This document shows positions 46,688 to 56,995 of a stretch of 63,488 nt of DNA, piece after piece. Under the pieces are notes generated by a model that worked only from the letters and a program-made list of their open reading frames with translations, ran no database searches and was not told the origin of the DNA. Position 1 is the first letter of the stretch. Each line of letters starts with the position of its first letter. The position numbers and the translations under genes were made by a program. Source of the stretch: Syntrophomonadaceae bacterium (GTDB lineage Bacteria; Bacillota; Syntrophomonadia; Syntrophomonadales; Syntrophomonadaceae); assembly GCA_036725705.1 (NCBI GenBank), contig DAIMDR010000001.1, forward strand, positions 1 to 63,488. Reading direction: 5' to 3'.

Positions 46688-46875
46688 CTCTCAGGCCCCT
46701 TTGCGAACATTTGTTCTATTATAATAAACAGGTTTATGGTTTAAGTCAAGCGGGCCGGGATTGCCAAAAGATACTTGTTGGGGTTTTTACTTTAATAGAA
46801 TACTTTTCCAAAATTACTGCCAGCATGTTATTATTGAATCAGATAAGACTAAATATTATGATGGGGGGTCTTATA

Positions 46876-47172
46876 ATGGCAGAAATAGTTGATCTGGAAT
46901 TACGTTACACAGTTAAGGTGGATTATATCGGTGATGTTAAAGAGGGGAAACCAAACGGCAAAGGCAAAGCCGTCTTCCGTAATGGCGGTATGTACGAGGG
47001 CGACTGGGTTAACGGTAAACAGGAGGGGTATGGAAAAGAATACTATCCTGACGGAACCCTGCGTTATGAAGGCGAATACCTGAATGGTTTAAGGCATGGA
47101 GAGGGTACCGTTTATTATAAGGACGGCAGCAAAGGCCACAGCGGCAAATGGAAGCATAACGAACCCATTTAG
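46876..47172 (+). CDS. MORN-repeat protein
   Basis: 98 aa from the ATG at 46876 (GGGGGG RBS-like run upstream). It has repeats of the type YEGDWVNGKQEGYG / YEGEYLNGLRHGEG. The longer track ORF from 46711 has no supporting features. Confidence 0.7.
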   Translation: MAEIVDLELRYTVKVDYIGDVKEGKPNGKGKAVFRNGGMYEGDWVNGKQEGYGKEYYPDGTLRYEGEYLNGLRHGEGTVYYKDGSKGHSGKWKHNEPI

Positions 47173-47182
47173 GATTAACCAT

Positions 47183-47214
47183 AAAGAGTCAGGGGTGTCC
47201 CCTGACTCTTTTAA
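47183..47214. terminator. Bidirectional terminator between convergent genes
   Basis: Perfect 13-bp stem AAAGAGTCAGGGG/CCCCTGACTCTTT with a 3-nt loop, flanked by A/T runs on both sides. Confidence 0.85.
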
Positions 47215-47223
47215 TATTTCCGG

Positions 47224-47484
47224 CTATTTATGCCTGCCATGATTGCAATTCGGTTCGTGATGGTGATGATTATGTCCGCAATTATTATCACAGCAATGAT
47301 GCTCATGGTCTTCGGGCTTGATACCAGCCTCATCCAGCCGGGTGACAACCTGTTGGCGAACTGAAGCCAGATAAATTTTATACAGTTTTTTCTGTTCAGC
47401 CAGTTCTTTTTCCGAAAGCCCCACCGTTTTCTTTTTGGAGGCCAATTCATTTATTCTTTGGATTAAATCTTCCGTTATCATCAA
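47224..47484 (-). CDS. DUF896 (UPF0291/YnzC-like) protein with a C-terminal His/Cys-rich tail
   Basis: The N-terminus MITEDLIQRINELASKKKTVGLSEKELAEQKKLYKIYLASVRQQV matches the DUF896 pattern. The tail is PEDHEHHCCDNNCGHNHHHHEPNCNHGRHK. The RBS is GAGGTG. Confidence 0.7.
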   Translation of the reverse strand: MMITEDLIQRINELASKKKTVGLSEKELAEQKKLYKIYLASVRQQVVTRLDEAGIKPEDHEHHCCDNNCGHNHHHHEPNCNHGRHK

Positions 47485-47682
47485 TTACACCTCGTTTATT
47501 TTAAGCTAAAGCCATCAGCTTTTCAGCTTTCTTATTTCAATTCATCATAGCATTCAGCCTTACTCGCAACAAGTTAAAGGTACATAACTGCTCAAGTTAT
47601 ATAAATTGATGTTCCGAAAGCGCATAAATTTCTGCTAAACCATAGATGCTACATATTAATAGGAGCTGAAAGGAGGCCATTT

Positions 47683-48519
47683 ATGAAAACGCTGTGGAAA
47701 GGTGCCGTAAGTTTTGGTCTGGTCAATATCCCGGTAAGCATGTATGTGGCTACTGAAAACAAGGACCTCAAATTTCATTATCTGCATCAGGAATGTATGG
47801 CACCGGTCAATTACAGAAAAGTCTGCTCCAAATGTGAAAAAGAGATAAAACCTGATGAACTGGTTAAAGGTTATGAATTTCAAAAAGGCAGTTACATCGT
47901 TATCAGCGAAGAAGATTTAGCCCGTATTCCGCAGGAAAACACCAAAACCATTGATATTCTGGATTTCGTAAAACTGGAGCAGGTTGATCCGATTTATTTT
48001 GATAAAAGCTATTATCTTGAACCTTCTTCAGGCGGTGATAAAGCCTATACGCTTATCGTCGAAGCTATGCGCAAAACCGGTAAAATCGCCATCGCCAAAA
48101 TCATCATCCGTTCCAAACAGTCTCTGGCAGCTCTGCGGGTAAAGGATGACCAATTAGTCATGGAGACTATTTTTTATCCTGATGAAATCAGATCTCCCGC
48201 CGCTCTAAGCAAGGGAGTTTCCATTGAAAAACTGCATGATAACGAAATTAAAATGGCAGTGGACTTGATTGAGAACCTGTCGATTGATTTTGAACCTGCC
48301 CGTTATGAAGATGATTATCGTCAGGCATTATGGGAAATGATTGAGGCTAAAATTGCCGGTCAGGAATTTGTCAGTCCGGCTCCTGAACCACAGGGGGGTA
48401 AAGTAGTCGACTTGCTGGAAGCCCTGCAAGCCAGTGTTAAGCTGGCCGAAGAAAAGAAAGCAGCGGAAAGCAAAAAGAAAAAAACTGGCAGGGGTAAACA
48501 GGCCAAAACCGGTACTTAA
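47683..48519 (+). CDS. ku: Ku protein (NHEJ)
   Basis: LWKGAVSFGLVNIPV N-terminus, a Ku core and a Lys-rich C-terminal tail (EEKKAAESKKKKTGRGKQAK). The RBS is AAAGGAGG. Confidence 0.92.
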   Translation: MKTLWKGAVSFGLVNIPVSMYVATENKDLKFHYLHQECMAPVNYRKVCSKCEKEIKPDELVKGYEFQKGSYIVISEEDLARIPQENTKTIDILDFVKLEQVDPIYFDKSYYLEPSSGGDKAYTLIVEAMRKTGKIAIAKIIIRSKQSLAALRVKDDQLVMETIFYPDEIRSPAALSKGVSIEKLHDNEIKMAVDLIENLSIDFEPARYEDDYRQALWEMIEAKIAGQEFVSPAPEPQGGKVVDLLEALQASVKLAEEKKAAESKKKKTGRGKQAKTGT

Positions 48520-48522
48520 TAT

Positions 48523-49452
48523 ATGGAAAACCTGCTTAAAGAATATAAAGCCATGGAGCCGGTCAAGCGGGATGATGTTTTTGACCGCGAAGATTTTCTC
48601 TACCAGATAAAGTGGGACGGAGTACGAATTCTGGCTGGCATGGACAACTCCAAAGTATCTTTAATAAACAAACGGGGTAACTTTAGAACTGTTCAGTTTC
48701 CCGAATTACAAAGTCTCCCCGAACTTGTTGCTGCCGATAGTGCCATATTGGATGGGGAAATCGTGGTATTACGCGATGGTAAACCCAGTTTTCCTGCAGT
48801 TATGCAAAGAGATCGGACTACAAATCCGCCAACCATTAATCTGCTCTCCGGAAGGCTGCCAGTTGCCTATATGGTATTTGATATTTTATTTCTGAATGGT
48901 GAAGACTTAAGAAACCAGCCTTTATCAAACCGTATTGCCCTATTGTCTCAATTATTTACTGACCGGGATTATCTTTATCAGGTACAAAGTTTTCCCCATG
49001 GCAGCACTTTATTGGCAGCGGTAAAAGCTGCCGATCTCGAAGGAATCGTAGCCAAACGCAAAGACAGCCTGTACTGCCCGGGTAAACACCATCAGGACTG
49101 GTATAAAATAAAATGTTTACGCCATCAGAATTGCCTGGTTGGAGGCTATACTTTGCGTGGGCAGCAGGTAAACTCTCTGCTCCTGGGGGTATTAAGGGAA
49201 GGTAAACTGAGTTTTGCCGGTAAAGCTGCCAATGGTCTGAATTCCGGGCAATGGCAAATGCTTTCCCGGGAACTGCCTGAGCTTAAAATAGACCATTCTC
49301 CTTTTTCCAATCCTGTACCCTCAAATGCTTATTTCATAAGACCTCAATTGGCGGTGCAGGTTGAATTCCTCGAGTGGACTGATTCCCTGCAGTTTCGTTT
49401 TCCAGTTATAAAATCATTTATTAACGCCACTAAATCAGATTGCCGTGTATAA
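48523..49452 (+). CDS. ligD: ATP-dependent DNA ligase (stand-alone LigD ligase domain)
   Basis: 309 aa with adenylation motif I (IKWDGVR), DGEIVV, EGIVAKR and an OB-fold C-terminus. Confidence 0.88.
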   Translation: MENLLKEYKAMEPVKRDDVFDREDFLYQIKWDGVRILAGMDNSKVSLINKRGNFRTVQFPELQSLPELVAADSAILDGEIVVLRDGKPSFPAVMQRDRTTNPPTINLLSGRLPVAYMVFDILFLNGEDLRNQPLSNRIALLSQLFTDRDYLYQVQSFPHGSTLLAAVKAADLEGIVAKRKDSLYCPGKHHQDWYKIKCLRHQNCLVGGYTLRGQQVNSLLLGVLREGKLSFAGKAANGLNSGQWQMLSRELPELKIDHSPFSNPVPSNAYFIRPQLAVQVEFLEWTDSLQFRFPVIKSFINATKSDCRV

Positions 49453-49466
49453 GGAGGAAATTTCAA

Positions 49467-50372
49467 ATGGCGATTACAGGAACCCTGGAGATTACCGGAC
49501 GGGAAGTAGTACTCAGCAATCTTGATAAAGTGCTTTGGCCGGAAAACGGTTACACCAAAAAAGACTTGATTGACTACTATGTGGCAGTCTTTCCGTTTAT
49601 AGCCCCGCATATTAATCAACGCCCGCTGGTATTTACCCGTTATCCAAACGGTATTGATGCAAAATCATTTTATCAGAAAAATGCTCCGCCAAATCTTCCT
49701 GATTGGATAAAAACCTTTCCCTGGGCAGGCAGTGAAGGCGAACCCACGAATTATATTCTGGTAAATTCAGCTGCTGATCTGGCCTGGCTGGCTAATCTGG
49801 CCTGTATTGAAATTCATCCCTGGCTGTCACAAATCGGCAGTTTGGATTTTCCGGACTTTATCGTATTTGACCTTGATCCCAGTAATCACAACTCCTGGGC
49901 AGAAATCGTAACCGTGGCCAATTTGCTCAAACAAATAATGGACCAGCTGGGCCTCAGAATATATGCTAAAACATCAGGCTCGCTGGGTTTGCATGTCTAC
50001 CTTCCGATTGTTAATCATTATACTTACTCCCGGGTACGGGATTTCAGTCAGGCGATTGCCGCTATTATTTGCAGGGTAGTCCCGGACATTGCTACTATTA
50101 AGCGTTCTGTACAGCATAGAGGACCGCGTATTTACATTGATTACTTGCAAAACGGACTGGGTAAAACTGTTTGTGCCCCGTACAGTGTCCGTCCCCGTCC
50201 CACCGCCAGCGTCTCTACCCCAATAAAATGGGAGGAATTAAGCTCCATTAACCCCGTTCAATTTACCATTAAGACTGTGCCGGAGCGCCTTAATCGGCAT
50301 GGTGATTTGTTTAAGGAAGTTTTAAGTGATCGTCAGGAATTGGAATTGGCTATACAGTCTCTGGGTATTTAG
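49467..50372 (+). CDS. Stand-alone LigD polymerase/primase domain protein (PolDom)
   Basis: The ATG at 49467 follows AAGGAGGAAA. LSNLDKVLWPENGYTKKDLIDYY, RYPNGI, FYQKN, FDLDP and SGSLGLHVY match AEP-primase LigD PolDom motifs. Confidence 0.88.
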   Translation: MAITGTLEITGREVVLSNLDKVLWPENGYTKKDLIDYYVAVFPFIAPHINQRPLVFTRYPNGIDAKSFYQKNAPPNLPDWIKTFPWAGSEGEPTNYILVNSAADLAWLANLACIEIHPWLSQIGSLDFPDFIVFDLDPSNHNSWAEIVTVANLLKQIMDQLGLRIYAKTSGSLGLHVYLPIVNHYTYSRVRDFSQAIAAIICRVVPDIATIKRSVQHRGPRIYIDYLQNGLGKTVCAPYSVRPRPTASVSTPIKWEELSSINPVQFTIKTVPERLNRHGDLFKEVLSDRQELELAIQSLGI

Positions 50373-51271
50373 ACTTCCATACGGTTACGGCCGTTTTGCT
50401 TGGCCCTATATAGAGCATTATCCGCTGCCTGAACCAGGCCACTGGCATTAGTTGGTCCTCCGGCTTTAAAACAGGCCAAACCCAGACTGATAGTAATTGC
50501 AATATTATTTTCCTGAAACTTTATAGCCGGCTGCTCAATATTATTCAGAATACGCCTCCCAATCTGCCATCCTTCCTCCGCTGAACATCCGGGCAGTACC
50601 AGCAGAAATTCTTCTCCCCCATAGCGGCCAACCGTATCATAAAGACGAATATTATTTCTGATTCTTTGGGCAACTTCCACCAGTACTGCATCCCCGGCCA
50701 CATGTCCATAGGTATCATTAACCTTTTTAAAATGATCCAGATCCCCCATTATTACAGCCAGGTCGCTATTCTGCCGCCGGGAGCGTTCGATTTCCTGTTC
50801 CAGAATCCTTAGTATTTCACCATGATTAAGAATCCCGGTGAGTGGATCATGCCGGGCCTGATAACGCTGTAATTCCAGGGACTCCTGCAAAGATTGCTGT
50901 AATTCCAGAATGCGTACCCCTATGCGTAAGCGCACCTCCAATTCCTGAGTCATGAACGGCTTGGTAATATAATCATCAGCTCCGGCGTTTAATCCCCCGA
51001 CAATATCCTCTTTGCTGTCACGACTGGTCAGCAGGATAATATAATGGTAGCTGCTATCACTTCTTATTCGCAACCGCCGGCATAACTCCGGACCATCAAT
51101 GCCGGGCATTATCCAGTCAGCCAATATCAAGCGCGGTGCATCATCCTGTTGCAATATTTGCCAGGCCTGATCCCCATCTTCAGCTTCAACGGCCTCATAG
51201 CCCCATTTGTTTAACAGGGCTCTGACCACCTTGCGCGTAATCTGATCATCATCAGCTACCAACACTTTCAT
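50369..51271 (-). CDS. Response regulator-diguanylate cyclase (REC-GGDEF, PleD/WspR-like)
   Basis: REC domain (VLVADDDQITRKV ... ADWIMPGIDG), a coiled linker and a GGDEF domain with RYGGEEFLLVL. Confidence 0.9.
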   Translation of the reverse strand: MKVLVADDDQITRKVVRALLNKWGYEAVEAEDGDQAWQILQQDDAPRLILADWIMPGIDGPELCRRLRIRSDSSYHYIILLTSRDSKEDIVGGLNAGADDYITKPFMTQELEVRLRIGVRILELQQSLQESLELQRYQARHDPLTGILNHGEILRILEQEIERSRRQNSDLAVIMGDLDHFKKVNDTYGHVAGDAVLVEVAQRIRNNIRLYDTVGRYGGEEFLLVLPGCSAEEGWQIGRRILNNIEQPAIKFQENNIAITISLGLACFKAGGPTNASGLVQAADNALYRAKQNGRNRMEV

Positions 51272-51316
51272 ATTGCAGACCTCCAGCAGTTAAAATTTAC
51301 AGAAAGTAATGTTACT

Positions 51317-51376
51317 GATCCTTCGTCGCCTGCAGCTCAGGATAGCATTTATAATACTTTCTCAGTGGTTTGGAAC
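51317..51376 (+). repeat. Fragment (3' end, about 60 nt) of the structured repeat family
   Basis: GATCCTTCGTCGCCTGCAGCTCAGGATAGCATTTATAATACTTTCTCAGTGGTTTGGAAC aligns with 28089-28152 and 28343-28405. Confidence 0.65.
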
Positions 51377-51397
51377 TATAACTGTTATAATTTTACA

Positions 51398-54300
51398 TTA
51401 AAAGTCAAGCATTTGTCCTATTGCTGCCAGTATATCCGAACAGCCTTTTTCATCAAATGCGGCCGCCTGCCGATCCAATTTTAAAAACTGATCATACAGC
51501 TCTTGCAGGCGCAATGTGCCGGCAGAGCCTTTCTGTTGATGAGCCAGGATTTTTAAACTGGTAAAATCATCATTTTTTAAAGCATCCTGCATTTGCTTTA
51601 TTATGTCCGGCAGTTTAACCCACAATTGCTCATACAGTTCCCGGCAATCTGATTCTTCCAGACCACTGTCCTGTATAAATATCTGCAGAGCTTTTTCCAG
51701 CATTGCCGGTAATTGTTCAGCTTTTTTCTTTTTTTCTGCCGTATAGCGTTTGATAATATTAAGCAGCAACTTAAAATCAACCGGTTTGCTGATATAATCA
51801 TCCATCCCCGCCTGCAGACATTTTTCCCGGTCACCTTCCATGGCGTTTGCAGTCATGGCCACAATCGGAATATGTCTCCGCTCACCTTCCCATTTCCGTA
51901 TGCACCTGGTAGTTTCATAACCATCCATATCCGGAATCTGACAATCCATAAAAATCAGATCATATTCTCTTTCCTGTACGGCTTTAAGAGCTTCCACGCC
52001 ACTACCGGCAATATCACAAAACATATTATATTTAGCCAGCATCTTAACTATAATCTTCTGGTTCATTTCATTATCTTCCACCAGTAGAAACCTGAAGGGG
52101 ACAGGTACAGGGTTTTCTCTGGCAGTATAGCGGGTTACCATCGATTCCTGAATTGCTTCCTCCTTTAATCCCAGAACAATGGATACACAATCCAGCAACT
52201 CATTTCTTCTTACCGGTTTTGTCAAATAACCGGTAAACCCGCATGCATTGGCAAAATCAATATCCCCCCGCTGGGCTATGGAAGTCAGCATAATCAAGCG
52301 GATATCCCGGGAAGAGGGGATGGCCTGCAAAGCCATGGCCAGGTCACAACCAGTCATACCCGGCATTTGAAAATCAATTATGGCAGCATCAAAATGTTGT
52401 CTGCCTGCTGATGCCAATATCATGCTGACTGCTTTTTCCCCATCGTCACATTCCTCAATCAGACAGCCGCTTTCTTCCAGATAAGCCCGGATAATTTTTC
52501 GATTGCTGGCATTATCATCAACTACCAGTAGCCGCTTCCCGCCAAGTTGGGCGTATTCATAAATGTCTGCACCCTGTTCATCGGCAGGCCTGAATTGGGC
52601 CGTAAAACTAAATTTGGAGCCTTTTCCTGACTGACTTGCAACGGTTATATTACCTCCCATCAGATGCACCAGTTCATTGGTAATAGCCAGTCCCAGACCG
52701 GTACCTCCATACTTGCGCGTAGCCGAATCGTCTACCTGGGAAAAAGGTGTAAACAGTTTATGCATATCAGTTTCAGCTATACCTATCCCGGTATCACTTA
52801 CTTCAAACAGAATTTCAACTTGTTTCTCATCACCCTGCAACATTTCTACTGTAACCAGTATTTCACCACTATGCGTGAACTTAACCGCATTACTCATTAA
52901 ATTATTTAAAATTTGCCTGAGCCGGGCCGGGTCACCTGTCAGTACTTCCGGCACATTGGATTTTATAAGCGCATGTAGTTCCAGCCCCTTTTCCCGGGCC
53001 CGGGGACTTTGCAAAGATACGGCATCTTCTACGGCATTTCTCAACCGGAATGGTATTTCTTCCATTCTGAGTTTACCAGCTTCAATCCTGGAAAAATCCA
53101 AAATATCATTTATCAGATAAAGCAAAACTTCCGAAGCCGAATGAGCCTCCTGCACATATTCCTGCTGTTCAGCGGAAAGTCCGGTTTCACTTAACAAGCT
53201 TAAAAATCCCAATATCCCATTCATTGGTGTACGGATTTCGTGAGACATATTGGCCAGGAAAGCTGATTTGGCCTTGTTGGCAGCTTCTGCAGCCTCTTTG
53301 GCCTGGGCCAGTTTCTGCTCCATCCTGCTGCGCTCGATGGCTTCAGCAATAGTAATACTGAACGCTTTTAAGATGGAAAACTCATCTTCGGTCCAGTCTC
53401 TCTCCATTTTACACTCATCAAAACCCACATAACCCCAAAAATATCCTTCAACAAAAATAGGTAATACCAGTATGGTCAGTATCCCCTGTTCAGTCAGAAG
53501 CTCTTTATCCCGCCCCTCTTTAAAGTCCTTAATCAATCCCCGAAGTGCCTGCCCTTTTATCAGCGGGTCGATAAAACCGCTAACCTCTTCAAAGGGCATA
53601 TTTTGAAGCTCCGGATTCTCAATTTGCGGTTCATATGCCCCCGAGTTCCACTCCATTTTATGACTGGTATAAGCCTGCCCGTCTTTATAATGATTTTCAA
53701 ACAAATATACCCGGTCTACTCCGGTAGCTTCACCCAATAATGCCAGACACTTACTAATCGCATCATAAAAATCGCTATTTACCAGCAATTCATTAGTAGC
53801 CGCCGAAATATTGGTCAGTATCTTTTCCTTTAATAATAACTGTTCCTGAGCATGTTTCCTTTTGGTAATATCACGGGTTACTCCTATTAATCCCATTGTT
53901 TCCCCGTACTCATTATAAAAAGGAGTCTTTACCGTCTCCGCCTCCATCAATGAGCCATTCGCCAGGATGATAGTTTCCTCGTTCATACGGGTCTTATTGG
54001 CCATCAGCATTTCCCGGTCTTTCTGAACAAAAAACCTGGCCAGTTCCGGGTCTTTTACAAAATCAAAATCAGTCCTGCCGACAATCTCTTCTTCCGATAT
54101 ACCAATAAACTTGTGAGCAAAGGCACTATTGCAGCCTAAATACACACTGTTAAAATCCTTATAAAAAATCAGGTCGGGAACCGCATCAATCATGGATTTA
54201 AGAAAATTTTTCTGTTCCAGCAGATCGTGCTCCAGTTGTCGCTGTTCAGTAATATCCCGGGAAATTCCTGTGGTCCCGATTATTTCCCCCCGTTCATTAA

Positions 54301-55732
54301 AAACCGGGGTCTTGAAAGTACTGAACAAACCCTCAACCCCGTTAACTATCAGCTTTTCTTCTTTAATTAATTGTTTACCGCAGGTCATTACCTGCCGGTC
54401 ATCATCAATAATTGACAGGGCTGCCTCCTGAGGCCAGATATCCAGATCGGTTCTGCCAATAATATCATTAGCAGTTAATCCGACATTAAGCTCATATACG
54501 CGATTAACTTCAATGTATCTTCCCTGGGGGTCTTTAAACCAGGCCATAAACGGCAGATTATCCAAAATGGCTTTCAACTGACTGCGCGTACGGCTCAATT
54601 CCAGCTGTGACTCTTTGATGCTGGTAATATCAACATGAGTGCCAATAACGCGCAGTACCTTGCCATTAGCATCCCTACTGATAACCTTGCCCCGATCCAA
54701 AATCCACAGATAACTGCCATCTTTGGCACGCAGCCGGTGTTCGCTTTGATACAGGGGAATTAAACCGTCAAAGTGTTTTTGCAGTTCAACCATGGTAGAT
54801 TCGCGGTCATCGGGATGTATGCGGCTATCCCATTCCTGTAATGAATTACCTACTTCATGCTCTTCATAGCCAAGCATGGTTTTCCATTCCCGGGAAAAAA
54901 ACACCGTATCAGTTACCGCATCCCAATCCCATACCCCATTACCGCTGCACTCCAACGCTGAAGACCATCGTTCTTCATTTTCCTGCAGCCTTTGTTCAGC
55001 CAGCTTTCTTCTGGTAATATCCAGCATTACACTTAATAAATACTTCTGCCCGGATAGTTCCAAAAAATCTGTAGACGCGATAACATAGACCGGAGAGCCG
55101 TTTTTGGAATATATGGTCATCTCCTTATTGCGTATATAGCCGGTACGATTTAATTCATCCAGAAGTGAATTTCGGGATTCGGAGGAGAAAACACCCAAAT
55201 CTGCAGAAGTCCTGCCAATAACCTCTTCACGGCTATATTCCAGTGCATTTAGAAAAGAGTTGTTAACATCTATGTATTCCCCGCTGACAATGTTACTGAT
55301 AGCCATTAAGGCCGGACTTATGCTAAAAGCCTTGGTAAACCTGTCATTAGCCCGTTTTATACGGGTCAGATCTTTACTGATACCATAAAATACAGACTGC
55401 CCCTGCCATAATCCTTTTACTACCCGGGTTTCAACTGGTATATACAATCCTGCTTTGGTATATAAGGGTATATTGCAATCATCACGCACTCCGGACATCA
55501 TAGCCTGGAAAACCGTTAAAGCCTCATCACGCCTTTCCGGAGGGTGCAATAAAAGCAAGTCCATATCCATTAATTCTTCCTGGCTATAACCTATATCTCT
55601 GAGCACAGTCAGATTAGCATCAATTAGCTTTCCATTCTCAGAAATAATAAATAGAAAATCGTCAATGGCATTAAACAGGATATCAAAACTGGTATGCGTG
55701 TGATGGTTATTATCTAACTCAAAATGGCTCAT
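51398..55732 (-). CDS. Giant hybrid sensor histidine kinase (multiple PAS/PAC, GAF, HisKA-HATPase, two REC domains, Hpt)
   Basis: H-box [11 protein letters not shown] and the HATPase N/G boxes are present. The REC domains start [14 protein letters not shown] and [14 protein letters not shown]. The C-terminal Hpt has [10 protein letters not shown]. The ATG at 55732 has the RBS GGGGAGGAA. Confidence 0.9.
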   Translation of the reverse strand: MSHFELDNNHHTHTSFDILFNAIDDFLFIISENGKLIDANLTVLRDIGYSQEELMDMDLLLLHPPERRDEALTVFQAMMSGVRDDCNIPLYTKAGLYIPVETRVVKGLWQGQSVFYGISKDLTRIKRANDRFTKAFSISPALMAISNIVSGEYIDVNNSFLNALEYSREEVIGRTSADLGVFSSESRNSLLDELNRTGYIRNKEMTIYSKNGSPVYVIASTDFLELSGQKYLLSVMLDITRRKLAEQRLQENEERWSSALECSGNGVWDWDAVTDTVFFSREWKTMLGYEEHEVGNSLQEWDSRIHPDDRESTMVELQKHFDGLIPLYQSEHRLRAKDGSYLWILDRGKVISRDANGKVLRVIGTHVDITSIKESQLELSRTRSQLKAILDNLPFMAWFKDPQGRYIEVNRVYELNVGLTANDIIGRTDLDIWPQEAALSIIDDDRQVMTCGKQLIKEEKLIVNGVEGLFSTFKTPVFNERGEIIGTTGISRDITEQRQLEHDLLEQKNFLKSMIDAVPDLIFYKDFNSVYLGCNSAFAHKFIGISEEEIVGRTDFDFVKDPELARFFVQKDREMLMANKTRMNEETIILANGSLMEAETVKTPFYNEYGETMGLIGVTRDITKRKHAQEQLLLKEKILTNISAATNELLVNSDFYDAISKCLALLGEATGVDRVYLFENHYKDGQAYTSHKMEWNSGAYEPQIENPELQNMPFEEVSGFIDPLIKGQALRGLIKDFKEGRDKELLTEQGILTILVLPIFVEGYFWGYVGFDECKMERDWTEDEFSILKAFSITIAEAIERSRMEQKLAQAKEAAEAANKAKSAFLANMSHEIRTPMNGILGFLSLLSETGLSAEQQEYVQEAHSASEVLLYLINDILDFSRIEAGKLRMEEIPFRLRNAVEDAVSLQSPRAREKGLELHALIKSNVPEVLTGDPARLRQILNNLMSNAVKFTHSGEILVTVEMLQGDEKQVEILFEVSDTGIGIAETDMHKLFTPFSQVDDSATRKYGGTGLGLAITNELVHLMGGNITVASQSGKGSKFSFTAQFRPADEQGADIYEYAQLGGKRLLVVDDNASNRKIIRAYLEESGCLIEECDDGEKAVSMILASAGRQHFDAAIIDFQMPGMTGCDLAMALQAIPSSRDIRLIMLTSIAQRGDIDFANACGFTGYLTKPVRRNELLDCVSIVLGLKEEAIQESMVTRYTARENPVPVPFRFLLVEDNEMNQKIIVKMLAKYNMFCDIAGSGVEALKAVQEREYDLIFMDCQIPDMDGYETTRCIRKWEGERRHIPIVAMTANAMEGDREKCLQAGMDDYISKPVDFKLLLNIIKRYTAEKKKKAEQLPAMLEKALQIFIQDSGLEESDCRELYEQLWVKLPDIIKQMQDALKNDDFTSLKILAHQQKGSAGTLRLQELYDQFLKLDRQAAAFDEKGCSDILAAIGQMLDF

Positions 55733-55968
55733 CGTTCCTCCCCCTTGTAAAAAAGCCTGTCTTTTCCATACTGCTCTGAGTTCAATATAATACATCGGCC
55801 TGACTTTCGTCTATAGGGCCGGCTAAACAAACAGCTATTCTTCTGACTTCCCTCAGGACAAACACATAATCTGCACAAATCTAATATACTAACCTATATT
55901 GCTGTAATAAACTATCCTGCGTCATAACCGGGCAGATAACCAACCCCGGAAAAAGAGGTGCAACTAAA

Positions 55969-56223
55969 ATGTCTGATTCCGTGGCATTGACTGATATTGC
56001 GGTCGGCGAAAGCGCCTGCATTGCAAATATTTCAGCCAATGGTAAAAACCGCCGCCGGTTGCTGGATTTGGGCCTGATACCCGGGTCAGTAGTAACAGTT
56101 ATTCGCCGCAGCCCCTCCGGTAACCCAACTGCCTATTTAATTAAAGGTGCATTAATTGCCCTGCGAAATGAAGATGCCAGTCAAATCATAGTGAATAAAA
56201 TAAAAGGAGATATCTATGATTAA
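55969..56223 (+). CDS. feoA: Ferrous iron transport protein FeoA
   Basis: 84-aa SH3-like protein (LLDLGLIPGSVVTVIRRSPSGNPTAYLIKGALIALR). Confidence 0.88.
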   Translation: MSDSVALTDIAVGESACIANISANGKNRRRLLDLGLIPGSVVTVIRRSPSGNPTAYLIKGALIALRNEDASQIIVNKIKGDIYD

Positions 56224-56995
56224 AGCTGCGTTCCTGCCCGGCCTGATTGAAAACCCTCAACCTGAACGCAATGAATTCGTTATCGCTCTGGCCGGAAATC
56301 CCAATGTAGGTAAAAGCACTGTTTTCAATCGCTTAACCGGCCTGAATCAACATACCGGCAATTGGCCGGGGAAAACTGTATTAAAGGCCGAAGGCACTTT
56401 TTTATATCGTAATCATTACTATACGCTGGTTGACCTTCCCGGCACCTACTCCCTGTATGCCAATTCTGCTGATGAGCAAACTGCCCGCGATTTTATCTGT
56501 TTTTCAAGGCCGGATGTAACCCTGGCAGTATGTGATGCTACCTGCCTGGAGCGCAACCTGAATCTGGTACTGCAAATATTGGAAATTACTGACCGGGTAG
56601 TAGTCTGCGTTAATCTGCTGGACGAAGCGCAAAGAAAGTCAATTCATGTGAATATTGACCGGCTGGCCTCTGAATTAGGAATTCCGGTAATAGGAACAGC
56701 AGCGCGAAATGGCAGGGGTTTGTCGGAGCTAAAAAATACTCTGCACGATATGGTAAGCGGAAAAATTGTTACCCGGCCCCGACAGGTTACCTATGACCCG
56801 GAACTGGAAGCATATATTCAAATAATCGAAGATAAACTGACCTCCTGGTTACCGGAATGGCTTAATAGCCGCTGGGTGGCTTTGCGTATATTGGAGAGAG
56901 ATTACAGTATCCTGGAACATATTATGATAAACCATAAGTCTGAAGACTATCCACTGCAGATAATCCGGAAAGAGACCGCCCTATGCCTGCAATAA
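56216..56995 (+). CDS. feoB: FeoB N-terminal G-domain plus helical domain, encoded as a separate ORF
   Basis: G1 GNPNVGKST, G2/G3 DLPGTYSL and G4-like NLLD are present. The ORF ends at a TAA at 56993-56995. Confidence 0.85.
   Translation: MIKAAFLPGLIENPQPERNEFVIALAGNPNVGKSTVFNRLTGLNQHTGNWPGKTVLKAEGTFLYRNHYYTLVDLPGTYSLYANSADEQTARDFICFSRPDVTLAVCDATCLERNLNLVLQILEITDRVVVCVNLLDEAQRKSIHVNIDRLASELGIPVIGTAARNGRGLSELKNTLHDMVSGKIVTRPRQVTYDPELEAYIQIIEDKLTSWLPEWLNSRWVALRILERDYSILEHIMINHKSEDYPLQIIRKETALCLQ

Noticed and set aside
46109-46744. 211-aa plus-strand ORF. Similar long antisense ORFs occur at 18285-18821, 31464-31949, 61973-62545, 2898-3353, 10020-10544 and 23042-23485.
   Set aside because: Each lies entirely opposite a gene with clear family motifs (dinB, hydA, the Big_2/SLH protein, modA/modB, the Rieske oxidoreductase, the NiFe large subunit, the PAS-GGDEF protein). 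They have no recognisable motifs or RBS and show odd composition, so I treat them as shadow ORFs.
47560-47682. Forespore-type (sigma-G/sigma-F) promoter upstream of ku, as known for the Bacillus NHEJ operon.
   Set aside because: A GCATA and a CATATTA element are present, but their spacing (about 25 nt) does not fit either consensus. There is not enough support to call a promoter.
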